Source: Octopus sinensis (taxonomy: Eukaryota). From it: DNA of 64,000 bases. The notes below the pieces were generated by a model. The model made no database searches. It was not told the origin of the DNA and saw only the letters and a list, made by a program, of their open reading frames with translations. Positions 14,392-26,472 of this stretch are shown here, in pieces (position 1 is the first letter of the stretch; the number at the start of each line of letters is the position of its first letter). A program made the translations under genes and the position numbers. The stretch is taken from assembly GCF_006345805.1 (NCBI RefSeq), contig NC_043003.1, positions 65,782,001 to 65,846,000 on the forward strand, written 5' to 3'.

Positions 14392-14712
14392 TTCGGCAAA
14401 AGAGGCCGATAGAATAACTACTAGTCGTACAAAGAATAAGTCCTGGGTTCGATTTGCTCGACTAAAGGCGGTGCTCCAACATGGCCACAGTCAAATGACT
14501 GAAACAAATAAAAGAGTAAAAGAGTTATCATTGTTGCATCATTGTCTCATTCGTAGTTATTATTCATCATTGTCCTATACTATAAAATTAATTGGAAAAC
14601 CTACATTAGCTTTCAAAATCAGAATCGGGCGAAACATTTTGGACACCCTGTATAATATACAGAAGACATGCATATTCTGTCTATACGGAATGCTGTGTGT
14701 AGGAGCGAATAT
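14392..14712 (+). repeat. Local direct duplication of 16244-16564
   Basis: 321-bp colinear match at offset 1852, with roughly a dozen differences. It includes a SINE tail, the mariner right TIR and ~60 bp of flank. Confidence 0.9.
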
Positions 14713-14869
14713 AAATAAATTTTAGATTTATGGAGGGTCAAAGTTAGGAATAAAAACAGGTCAGTGGAAACATATAAGGAAATCGACCGAAAAAAACATG
14801 GTGGTTTGTTAGGCCTGAACGAGGGGAAAATAGTGAATGCTGAGAGAAATATTTTCTTTGAAAAGAGAA

Positions 14870-15370
14870 AAGATAGAAGAGAGAGATAAGAGACGCCCAG
14901 TACTTAGAACGTCCGTGCAGGAAAAAAATATGACGATGGTCACGTGTGAGCAACGACAGGAAGAGAAAATAGAGAAAGAGAGGAGACAAAGAGACAGATA
15001 GAAAACGGTGAAAGGGATAGAGAGGGAATTAGAGGGGATAGGGGAGAAAACAGTTTATAATAGAGTCGCATAAAATACGTTAAGATAAACTTACTTGGAA
15101 ATGGATTCGTGGCGTTCAATGAAATAATATGGTAGAGGCGCATCAAACCTGCTCTATACTGTTTTCTCCCCAATCCTCTCTAATTGCCCTTTTCTCCCTA
15201 TCACCGTTTTCCATCTATCTCCCTCCTCCTCTTTCTCTTTTTCTCTCTCTCACTCGTTGCTCACACGTTACCGTCGTCCATCTTTCTTTTCCTCACGCCA
15301 ACATCCTTCTTTCATGCACGGACGTTCTAAGAACTGGAGTCTCCTATCTCTGTCTCCTATCTTTTATATC
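14870..15370. repeat. Imperfect purine/pyrimidine-skewed inverted repeat (MITE/foldback-like)
   Basis: ttagaacgtccgtgca/tgcacggacgttctaa, gtgtgagcaacga/tcgttgctcacac and ggggagaaaacagt/actgttttctcccc in mirrored order; arms ~14870-15060 and ~15152-15370. Confidence 0.75.
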
Positions 15371-15374
15371 TCTT

Positions 15375-15600
15375 TACTGACAAAATTGTGTGAAGCACGA
15401 AATTTTGTCAATAAACAAGTCGCGGTTTCAAAATATTATGAAAAAACATTATGACAAATTAAATTTAAATATTGAAGTGAATCTAATGTTTCTTGTGTGC
15501 TTTTAAATGGTTTATAAACACCATCTGCGCTGCAATTGCTTTTGTTTCAGCACGTGATCTCAAATCAAGCCTATTGCTATTTGAGTACATTTCTGTAATA
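15375..15600 (-). mobile_element. Palindromic repeat family, copy 3 (partial)
   Basis: Reverse complement shows the leader (gagatcacgtgctgaaac) and left arm (aattgcagcgc..gattcacttcaa..gacaaaatttcgtgct). Confidence 0.7.
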
Positions 15601-15604
15601 TATA

Positions 15605-16504
15605 TAAATGCTGCCCAGAAATTTTCGCCCGATCTTTATTTTATTGTATTGTATTACTATTGTATTATTATTCTATTATTCCATCTTTCTCTTCGAACTT
15701 CGAGGAACATGGCTTTTAGACTGAATCGTAATGAACGAATTTCTGTTGTCCGATATTACTATGAGTCTGGTTCAAATGCAGCTGAGGTAATCGTCGCCCC
15801 AGTGAAGAATTTCATATTCCTGTGGTTCAGAGCAGGAACATCAAGTCACTCGTTAACAAGTTCGAAAACACCGGCTATCATAACGACGCACCCAGATCTG
15901 GACGATCCGCTACTGCAACATCTGCTTAAAAAGTTGAGCAGCTGAGAGCTAGTCTAATCAACAGTCCGCAGAAATCATTCATAGGCGTAGGAGTGGCTGT
16001 GTGGTAAGTAACTTGCTTACCAACCAGATGATTCCGGGTTCAGTCTCACTGCGTGGCACTTTGGGCATATGTCTTCTACTATAGCCTCGGGCCGACCAAG
16101 GCCTTGTGAGCGGATTTAGTAGATGGAATCTGAAAGAAGTCTGTCGTATATATGTATATATGTGTGCTTGTATGTCTGTGTTTGTCCCTCCTACATCACT
16201 TGACAACCGATGCTGGTGTGTTTACGTCCCCGTAACTTAGCGGTTCGGTAAAAGAGGCCGATAGAATAAATACTAGTCGTACAAAGAATAAGTCCTGGTT
16301 CGATTTGCTCGACTAACGGCGGTGCTCCAACATGGCCACAGTCAAATGACTGAAACAAATAAAAGAGTAAATGAGTTATCATTGTTGCATCATTGTTTCA
16401 TTCGTAGTTATTATTCATCATTGTCCTATACTATAAAATTAATTGGGAAAACCTACATTAGCTTTCAAAATCAGAATCGGGCGAAACATTTTGGACACCC
16501 TGTA
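15605..16504 (+). mobile_element. Internally deleted Tc1/mariner-type element (DUF4817-like HTH N-terminus) interrupted by a SINE
   Basis: ATG 15709: MAFRLNRNERISVVRYYYESGSNAAEV, shifted frame KSLVNKFENTG..DAPRSGRS..SPQKS. Right TIR ..atcgggcgaaacattttggacaccctgTA; degenerate left TIR ..tttcgcccgat at 15623. Confidence 0.7.
15984..16375 (+). mobile_element. tRNA-derived SINE, dominant family, full length
   Basis: Head ggcg.aggagtggctgtgtggtaag..ccgggttcagt, CORE/V-like ggcac.ttgggca..tgtctt, internal microsatellite, tail gcggtgctcca.catggcc.cagtcaaatgactgaaacaa.taaaagag. Confidence 0.9.
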
Positions 16505-17052
16505 TAATATACACAAGACATGCATATGCTGTCTATACGGAATTATGTGTGTAGGAGCGAATATTCAAGCAACTGGCACTAAAGAAATCAATATGCATCT
16601 CTTTCCAGAAAGTGTTTGTCAGAATGAAATTGTTATTGATCTCTCAAACTCATTTGTGCTTCTAATCTATCAGTCTAGTAGTGACTCACCTGCGGTGTAT
16701 CTCGGACAGATAGGTAGTGGGAACACAAATTAGATTGATTGACCAGACACTCACCTTACCGAACAGCGATCTGAGTATGCAGCAACTCTTACGTGGACAT
16801 ATTCCGAACACTTCCGTGCAGAAAATCAAATCCTTCGCTCACAAGTAAGCGTACGTCACGCTGTTCCCTACTATTGGAACATCATCGTTTACAAGGATTA
16901 ATTATCAGAATTATTTTTGCTATTATTATTATGACGACGACCACGATGATGACGATCACCACCACGGCGACAACTATCATCATCGTCGTTGTCGTCGTCT
17001 TCGCCCTCGTCGACGCGAACATTATCGTCGTCATTGTATTATTATAATTATA

Positions 17053-17133
<81 letters not shown>

Positions 17134-17570
17134 ATTATTATTATTATTATTATTATTATTATTTTCTTTCTTTCTTCAAAATTATCTTCCATTTCTTGCC
17201 GAGTGTTTTCCGTATACCTAGGGCAGAGAAGCTCATTGTATGCATTCCCAGATTACACACGCAAATTCACAGGTAAAATATGTATTTAGAAAATTAATAA
17301 TTTAACTAATTCATGAATAGATGTTGTTTTCACTGCGATAATGCTCTACTCAGTACACGAGTGGTTCCAGTTAACACGATTTTTGCACTCCTGTAGGGAT
17401 AGTAAACCTGCTTTCATTTCAAGTAGGTTTCAGTACCATTTTTTTTATCATTCCTAGAGATCTTGCAATCACTGGTACTGTAGTCGCCTTGAGATTTTTT
17501 TTCAATTTCTATTAGGAAGTTTTTTACTCATCTTGTGAAATTCTCTCGCAGGTATATTATTATTATTATT

Positions 17571-18079
17571 GAGTGAGAGAGCGGTGCATGCCACCAAAAT
17601 GACACTGGGGTAAAATATACGAAGCCCAGTATACTCATCATGACTACCCGTTTGATAAGGGTACACCAGGCACATTCATCACAGCCATATTTGCGCGACA
17701 TGGTGATTTCATATCAAGATAAGCAGCGCATGACCTTGCAGGTGGGGCCCAGTTAGAATTTTCTTCTGGTCGATTAGCCCATCCCGCTCAAAAGGTCCTT
17801 GAATAAGGATTGTTTAAGGATGTTGAATGAACCACCCATGTTTCCAAAGGTGAATTATCCAAACCTTTAAGACTTCCTTTCAACACACGACTATGATGCT
17901 CCCCTACTACTTCTGCTCGTGATCAGAGATGCACATATCGTCAACCTCTAAGGGACATGGTTAAGGTCAAACAACTGACAAGCAAATCTGAGGTATTGAG
18001 CAAAACAATGTAGATGATAACACTTCCTTTAAGTTAAGATCAGAAGCCATCAGAGGCACTGTCTGTCTTGTAATGCATC

Positions 18080-18085
<6 letters not shown>
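17571..18085 (-). mobile_element. Non-coding ~510-nt retroposon in (TAA)n sharing its 3' tail with the R4/Dong-like relic
   Basis: 17575-17636 (minus) matches 32232-32292 closely. (TAA)n/(TTA)n lies on both sides, and there is no ORF. Confidence 0.65.
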
Positions 18086-18123
<38 letters not shown>

Positions 18124-18174
18124 TTAATAATAAAAATAATGATAATATTAATAATAATAATAATGATAATGATG

Positions 18175-18237
<63 letters not shown>

Positions 18238-18239
18238 GC

Positions 18240-19076
18240 CCTTAAAACGGTTTTTGTGCATTTACATAGAATATCGAACTATCATACACAGGAACTTGTT
18301 TTTAGGAATTCCCAATGAGTTATGAATACCCAAATTGTGAAGTCAGTTATGTAATAACATGAAATTAGTTGCCCGATAGTAAGAATCCAAATAAATTAGC
18401 CCCGAAAGGGCTTTAATGCGTTCCCAGAGTAAATAGAACATAAGAGGAAAGATTATGTATACTAAAATCGTGAAGCATGTTACATAATAAAAGTCTAATC
18501 AGATATGAGATAATTACAAATCAAAGTAAATAACTCTGAAAAGGGCTTTTGTACGTTCCCAGTGAATACTACCCCCAGGGGCGCTAGTTTTGGTATATTC
18601 GTAAATAAGTCACTAACCAAAATAAGTGGATCTATTGTTTATGAAAATACTATTTACTTGTTTAAGGGATGTACTAGATATATTGGGAAAATAACACTAA
18701 CGTTTCAAATACTAAGAAATAAGCATACTCAATTTCATTTTTACCAAATAATTTAGGAAAAAGTATAGGCTATTTTTCTTGGCTATATATAAAGATCCCT
18801 TCCAGGGCTAATAGCTTACTTCCCTTGGCTTTTAAAATAAAATATATTAAATATATACAAGGATCCCTTCCAGGAACCCTATTATCGATTTTTTTCAACA
18901 ACCTGAGTATGCCATTAAGTTTCCAGACATGAATTCGACTCACGTGTCAAAATTTTATCAAAATTAATAAAACGATGTAGGAGGAGTTAGGTAACAACTC
19001 TACTAACCCATAGGAGTTAGGTAACAACTCTACAAACCCATAGACAAAATTTCCCACATATGTAGTAGATTAACTA
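18240..19076 (+). mobile_element. Unclassified element with internal subrepeats (Helitron-like?)
   Basis: Repeated blocks aagggcttt..cgttcccag (x2), gatcccttccagg (x2) and a 30-bp tandem ggagttaggtaacaactctac..aacccata (x2); ends ..tgtagtagat. Confidence 0.35.
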
Positions 19077-19585
19077 GCAGAATAAACTGGGGGAATTTAA
19101 CGTTTATTAGTTACTATTTATTGAAAGTACTTAGTGCTTGTAATTATTTCTTAGTGGTTATTTTCCTAGAAAAAAAAACATTTTCAATGTGTTGTGAAGA
19201 ATTTCATTTCTAGTGTATGGGTCCTGGGAGGTTCCTCTTCCCAACAGGGATTGTTTGAACTGTCCGTTTTCGTTTGTTACAGTAAAAAAATAATCATCAA
19301 ATAGACCATGTTTCTTCTAGGTGAACATAACAATTATTGACACTCTACAAAGGCCAGGTGGAAACCATTTAGAATATTACTACTGTCGCACATATTTTAA
19401 TCACATCCAGAAAAGAATCTCTCAATTGTATTGAATAAAGTTAATTACAGAAACATTCTAGCCTCTAGTTGTTGAGTATGAAGTTGCCTCTTTCTGTTCT
19501 TCTTTATACTACTACTTCGCATCTTGAAAATGTGTGTGTGTGTGCGTGTGTATGTGTGTGCTTAAGCATCGGTGTTTCAGCGTGT

Positions 19586-19870
19586 GAAGGCGCATGGTTT
19601 AGTGGCTAGCGTGTCGCAGTCACGACCTCTAGACCCTGATTTCAATTCTTAGATCGGCTGGTGTGTTGTGTTCTTGAACAAAACACTTAATCTTACCTTG
19701 CTCTGAGATCACTTTGATACTTGATGCATGGTATACATAATGCACATTTTCATGCAATGTCAATTTCATGGAGGGAGTCAGCTAATGTACAGCACATACA
19801 TTTGATACCTAAAAACAAATTAATTGTGTAGGTCGATCGGTAAAAGCTGAACGCTCTTACGGCATCTTCG
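19586..19870 (+). mobile_element. tRNA-derived SINE (CORE/V-like), diverged
   Basis: gaaggcgcatggtttagtgg..ttgtgttcttgaacaaaacactt; related decayed heads at ~2560-2690(-) and ~40425-40510(+). Confidence 0.7.
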
Positions 19871-20004
19871 ACCAATAGAGTCCATTATTTTCGTATATTT
19901 ATTCTTTGTATGTGCTGTAACCCGTTCTTCGATATGGTCCTCCATGTTTTCGACCCTTGTGACCAGTAAAAGAAATCATTCTTCTTCTTCTTCTTCTTCT
20001 TCTT

Positions 20005-20089
<85 letters not shown>

Positions 20090-20990
20090 TATTATTATGT
20101 TTATATGAGGCCAGATTTACTGTTTTAGAATATTGTAAAGTTCTTTTCCGAAAAGAGAAGTCATTAACGATAATCTCCCTTTGTGCAGGGATCATTTATT
20201 CGCTTGACAAAGATGTCGCTGCTTTCGAGGTCTGCAACGGAAATTTGAGATTGAAGAACCGTATACTTGTGAAGTTGCGGTAGGCTAGAGGAGGCACGAT
20301 ATGTAATCAGGATACTTAGAGCTGGTAGTGAAATCACAATGCATTTCGTCCAATTATCTAACAAATTTGTGAATCCATATCCTTGGGGTCATAGTTTATT
20401 TCAATTTAACCAATATAAAATTTGATGAAAGATGCAATGATTCAGAAGAAATACCATAACACATTCTATATGATACTGTAATTATTCTGACAAGTCGACG
20501 TTACATCTGCTGTCGTTATTACATATGTATAATAACCGCTCAAAAGCAGAGGACATTGCTTAAGGACCACATGCGCATGGAGAAAAATAGATTACTTATT
20601 TGAAACTTCACTTATTACACTCAATAATGGTTCGCACATTTCATATAAGAGACACTGAAAAAGCTGCTTAAACAGTTTTATGTTAAGGAAAACATATTCA
20701 TAAACTCAACGAAAACGTGTTAAATTTTAGTAAGTAGTGGAGACTACACGCCGCAAGGTGCTCTCATATGCGTGAACCAGAGGCTTGACTTCAAGCGCAA
20801 CATTACATTCATGAATTGACATTATTAATTGAGTTAATGTTGTCTTTTCATTACTACATGATTCTATTGGAAATTAGGAGATAATTAACGCTAACTGAAT
20901 GAAATATGTTAAATGCGACGTAACTCAAATAGATTGATAAAGAAGAAGTATATATTTGAATAGAAACATGAATATAAATACAGTATTTAT

Positions 20991-21031
<41 letters not shown>

Positions 21032-21720
21032 ATGTGTGTGTATGTTTGTATGTCTGTGTTTGTCCCCCAACAAAGCTTGACAACCGATGCTGGTGTGTTT
21101 ACGTCCCCGTAACTTAGTGGTTCCGCAAAAGACACCAATGGAATAAGTACTACGCTTACAAAGAATAAGTCTTGGGATCGATTTTCTCGACTAAAAGGCG
21201 GTGCTCCAGCATGGCCGCAGTCAAATGCCTGAAACAAATAAAAGAAAAACGAATGTATATATATATATATATATATATATTTACATACGTAATATCTTGG
21301 ATGCAAGCTGGAAAGCTAACATTGGTTGCAGAGCATGGACAGTTATTTGTATTTACTTCAGTTGTATTATCATATTTCTTAACAGTTTTACAGACAGAAA
21401 CTGAAAAATCTCTGTATATTTTACCTGATGACTTGATGAGTGAACATAAGGCAGGTGTATTTGAAGCACCGAGATTTAAGTACATACACGCAAACACACA
21501 TACTCACACACACACACACATTACGTATACACACATACACACATTACGTATATACACGCATACAAAATTACAAAAACAAAATACGCAGAGACAGTTGTGT
21601 ACTCGCAGGAAAACGAATGCATAACTATTATTGGTATGTGTGAATCTTTATCGCTAAGTAGCATCGATGATTGGGTATATATGTATTGCTGCTAAACCTC
21701 ATGTCAGTATTTCGCCAACA

Positions 21721-22044
21721 GGAGCATTCCGTCGGTTACGACGACGAGGGTCCCAGCTGATAGGATCAACGGAATAACCTACTCGTGAAATTAACGTGCA
21801 AGTGACTGAGCAATCCACAGACACGCGTACCCTTAAACGTAGTTCTCAGGAAGATTCAGTGTGACACAAAGAACGACAAGGCCGGTCCTTTGAAATACAT
21901 GTACTACTGATTTTTGCCAGCTGAGTCGACTGGAGCAACGTGAAATAAAGTGTCTTGCTCAAGGACACAATGCGTCGCCGGGAATCGAACTCACGACCTT
22001 ACAATCGTGAGCCGAATGCCCTAACCACTAAGCCACGCGCCTTC
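21721..22044 (-). mobile_element. tRNA-derived SINE, second family (CORE/V-like domain)
   Basis: A box tggcttagtgg, B box gagttcgattccc, then ttgtgtccttgagcaagacacttt and tail cacttgcacgttaatttcacgag..cctcgtcgtcgtaaccgacgg. Confidence 0.9.
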
Positions 22045-23449
22045 ACATTTCGCCAATACTTATATAATCAACATATAATTCCAACCGTCTCCGTTCAGCA
22101 TATCATGTATTGCACCTCCAGCAAGACATGGGGCGTTTTGCTGGAGGTGCTTTTGTTATTTTTGACATATCTTACGTCGATGCAGAAATACTCTTGTAAC
22201 TTTTTATCTGCATATTTGTATGTATCGGTAAATGCATACAATGACATATAACCGACTTATTACACGAATAAAAAATGCATACGGTGCATTCTAATAATAT
22301 TTATGATGTTGCACTATGGCGGAAATAGCCTGCCTCTTTGTCTGCGTTCTATAGTGTAACTGTCCGTTTCTGCGTGAGCGAGTTTCTATGTGTGTATGTG
22401 TATCTGTGTGTGTGTCCATGTGCGTATGCGTAGGTATGTGCGCCTGCGTGCTGTGCTTATGTATATACATGCATAAATATATAGTTATTTATTTATCTGT
22501 GTATATACATACAAATATAGATCTGCACACATATACATGTACGCAAGCATGTTTGTATGCATATATGTATGAATGCACGAATTTCTAGTAATTCACTGTG
22601 TTTTTTCTCAGTAAATCTTATTAATGACTTGCTAGTTTGTTAATTATATTTTCGTGAATAGTTATTTCGCTAATGTGCTGTTTCAGCTGTTTATACTGTC
22701 AATAGATTAACATAGTAGATCTGAACGAACAGAACATCATATACTAAAACTGCATTATGGCTTTGGCATATAATCATGGTGCGTATAATGAGTTTAATTG
22801 GATCTGCACCTTTAACGACGTGGAATTTATAACACCTCTTGTTAGTGATTATTGGGTAACCTCTTAATGCACTACAATGAATGTGATCATTGATCAAGAA
22901 ATTTTTATTGTTAACGATATGAGTATATACGACTTGGCTCAGCATTAATGGAAAAGAAGGCTGTGTTATTGTAGGAATAATTTCAGAAACAACTTCATTG
23001 TTTCACAACGAAAATTTAATGATACAAACATTTCTTTCGATGAATTCCAAAGGATGTCGTCAAAAACGATTATTACCTTATATTTATTTATCAAAATCGT
23101 TTGTACCGCGCAGTTCAAAATTAGACCTACCTTTATAACATCGATAACATTATATAGTGGTTCTACACGTCTCTTGATTTATCAAATTTGTCTATATTTT
23201 AATTATAACGGATGCAATAAATATAGATCTTTATTTTCAGTTGTTATTGATTATTAAGACATTCTGTACTGATGTCTGAATATTTCAAAGTTGCGTTTGC
23301 TACTTTCGGTCAACGATTCAGAGTTTGCTCTGCTTCAGAGTACAGTGTTACGTTCCAAGACCTGCCAAAGAAATACTTAACATCTAAAAATATAATGAAT
23401 CCCGGATATACTGAGGAGTCCGCAATATAAATTTACATACGTTGCAATT

Positions 23450-23577
23450 ATGCACTGAGTGCGTGATAGGTGAACCGCGATGTACTGAGTGCGCGATAAG
23501 TGAACCACGATGTACTGTGTGCGTGATAGGTGAACCCCCATGTACTGAGTGCGCGATAGATGAAGCGCATTTACTGA
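23450..23577. repeat. 30-bp minisatellite, about 4.3 units
   Basis: Units start at 23450, 23480, 23510, 23540 and 23569; consensus atgtactgagtgcgcgataggtgaaccgcg. Confidence 0.9.
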
Positions 23578-23967
23578 AAACATAACCATTCAACTACTTG
23601 ATGACCTGTCACGCCTTTTAGGTGTTGAACACTCTTCGTACTTCGATAGTAGTGAACCGTTACGAAAGACTGATCAATCAAATCGTGCCTACAGAGATTC
23701 TAAAGAACTGTAGGTAAATTATAACTCATGAACTTCATACTGGTATTAGCAGAGCTACAAATGTACTAACCTATCATATCTTTTAATAGAATTACAATGC
23801 TGTTTGCATTCTGTTTAAAATAAACACGTTCATATACTATTATGTATAATTCCAATTGCATTTGCAGTTCATTGTTAGTTCTCACAACGCTTGACTTTCC
23901 CCTAATGAAACGAGGGCAAGATGCTTTATAGAGAAGTATAGTATGAACAAATGGCGTCAATAATTTA

Positions 23968-24352
23968 GTGGGCGAGCTGGCAGAATCCTTAGCACCCGGG
24001 CGAAATGCTTAGCGGTATTTCGTCTGCCGTTACGTTCTGAGTTCAAAGTCCGCCGAGGTCGACTTTGCCTTTCATCCTTTCAAGATCGATAAATAAGTAC
24101 TAGTTATGCACTGTGGTAGATGTAATCGACTTAATCCGTTTGCCTGTCCTTGTTTGTCCCCTCTGTGTTCAGCCCCTTGTGGGTAGTAAAGAAATAGATA
24201 TTTCGTCTCTCTTTATGTTCTGAGTTCAAATTCCGCCTAGGTCGGCTTTGCCTTTCACCCTTTTGGGGTCGATAAATTAAGTACTAGTTGCGTAGTGAGG
24301 TCGATCTAATCGACTGGCCCTATCCCCCAAACTTTCGGACCTTATACCTTGA
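23968..24352 (+). mobile_element. Dimeric SINE with Nin/Deu-like domain
   Basis: Two tandem bodies (gttctgagttcaaa..gtcg.ctttgcctttca.cc) at ~24034 and ~24218. Confidence 0.8.
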
Positions 24353-25531
24353 AAAAGGAAAAGCTCTTTTACATACAATACTCTATTTACATGGCACCGC
24401 GTTGAATGAATTTGGAAAGCTGAGTGACTAAACTTAAAGAAATTAGTATTAACACTTTGGTTATCCTCAGTATTGCATGTGATTCCCAGGACATATTTCC
24501 TTGGTGTCCAAGCAACACATATGATGTGCCCATACAACACATTCCCAACTTCTGTTCAACAGCAAGAGAAATTAAGGGCTTATGAAATGAAAGCTTCATA
24601 TTAATGGTAATGTATGAAACAAGAGCTAAACAAAAGTCCAAAAACAAGCATGGTTATAAAGGACAAACTTAGGGAAATGCTTTGGACTGGTAAAAGTTCA
24701 AATACTGTCATGTATTTCTTCTCACACACCAGTGACTTGCCATTTCTCCGATCCTGCGGCGTTTAATAATATATAATGCAAGGCTCAATAATAGTCTGGT
24801 ACATGACATATATTACCGGCATCAAGTTAGCTTGTGTTATCTTTCTGTGTTATTTATCTGGAAAATGGACATCTAACTAACTAAATATTTCGAACTATAC
24901 AATTCTTTTATCGAATTTGCAATTAACGTTGCAATTATGCGAAATCCTACTGGCAATTAATATTGCAATTAACGTTGCAATTAAATGACGTATATGAACG
25001 ATAAGGATAACTTTCTCAGTTATTCAACTGTAATTTATAATTATGTGAGTGCAATGACTCAATACCGCCATCTTCCAATGACGAAGAAGTAAAAGTATGT
25101 TCCTTCACGACAATTATATTCTAAAATTAGTGATGGTATAGAATGTAGTTGAAACAAGATCTGCAATTCAAATTTAGAGAGTGTTATCTTTTTTATTTAA
25201 TTCTAATTGAATTTGTATGACTTTGGGTTTTGTTTTCTGAATAAAACCATTGTAATTTAATTTAGGTAATCAAAGTATACTCTTGGAATGACAGAGAGTG
25301 GAATTTTCGATGCAGCATTCGGGATTTGATCATTCTTTCCCGTTATTTTCGATAATGAAATGTCTATTACAGATTGACAAGGCTTGATCATCCACATACA
25401 TACAATAGAATTTGCTGGAGATCTCATATACATACATACATACATACACACATACATATACATATATATGTGTGTGTGTGTGTGTGTGTGTATGTGTGTG
25501 TGTGTGTATGTGTGTGTGTGTGTGTGTGTGC

Positions 25532-25570
<39 letters not shown>

Positions 25571-26403
25571 GAAATGAGGTAATCAGAAGATCGGATGGTT
25601 TATATTTACAGATATTTATTTATATATTGCATTTTTTATATATATATCACATCACTTAGATTATTAGCGCTTTCTCCCATTCTAGTGGGGTTTTCAAATC
25701 AAACAGAGTTCCTGTGTGGAGAATTTTAATCATTTTGTAGAGTTTCATAATAGTGGGGAGGAATATAAGACTGTACAAGGGAATGAGATGGATGAGGAGA
25801 AAGTGAGAGAGAGAACATTTGTGTATGTGTGTGTGTATGTGTGTGTGTGTGTGTGTGTGTTTGTATCTGAGGTGAGTGCAAAAGAGAAAGAGGGGAAGGG
25901 TGAGGGAAGAAGAAGGAAAGATTTTTTTGGTCTGCTGGACAGAATATTGACTCCAAGGGGTTCTAAGAATTTCAGCTTTGACCACTTCACAGTGTCACTG
26001 AGTGCGTGGTGGCGGGGAGGTAGACCATAAATTATATTTCCTTTTATCATTGTGAGAATGGTCAAATGCTTTTTGGGGTTTAAGAATTCTTTCCGCTTTT
26101 TATGATCGCTTTGTGTCTGTGTGTGTGTCTGTGTGTGTGTCCGTGTGTGTTTGTGTGTGTGTGTGTGTTTGGGGAAGGGAAGAGAGACAAAAAAAAGAAA
26201 AAGCAAAATAAGGGAGGAAGGGGAAAAAATTGTGTTGATATTTATACCGCTATATATACATGCTTATACATGAAATATTAGAAAAAAAACACCTTTTATC
26301 GATTCAAAATGAACAATCAAATTACACCATCTTGAAAATTGCAAATCATAGGAAGGTTAAAATTAAAATGACAATTGGCAAATATAACAGGTAATATATA
26401 TAT

Positions 26404-26469
<66 letters not shown>

Positions 26470-26472
<3 letters not shown>

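Noticed and set aside
21975-22044. tRNA-like sequence with A and B boxes (also 53776-53850 and the heads of the dominant SINE)
   Set aside because: Each continues straight into a SINE body and lacks a complete cloverleaf acceptor stem, so these are SINE heads, not tRNA genes.
23450-23577. Regular 30-bp repeats as a possible CRISPR array
   Set aside because: Units are contiguous with no unique spacers, the context is eukaryotic, and no cas genes are present.
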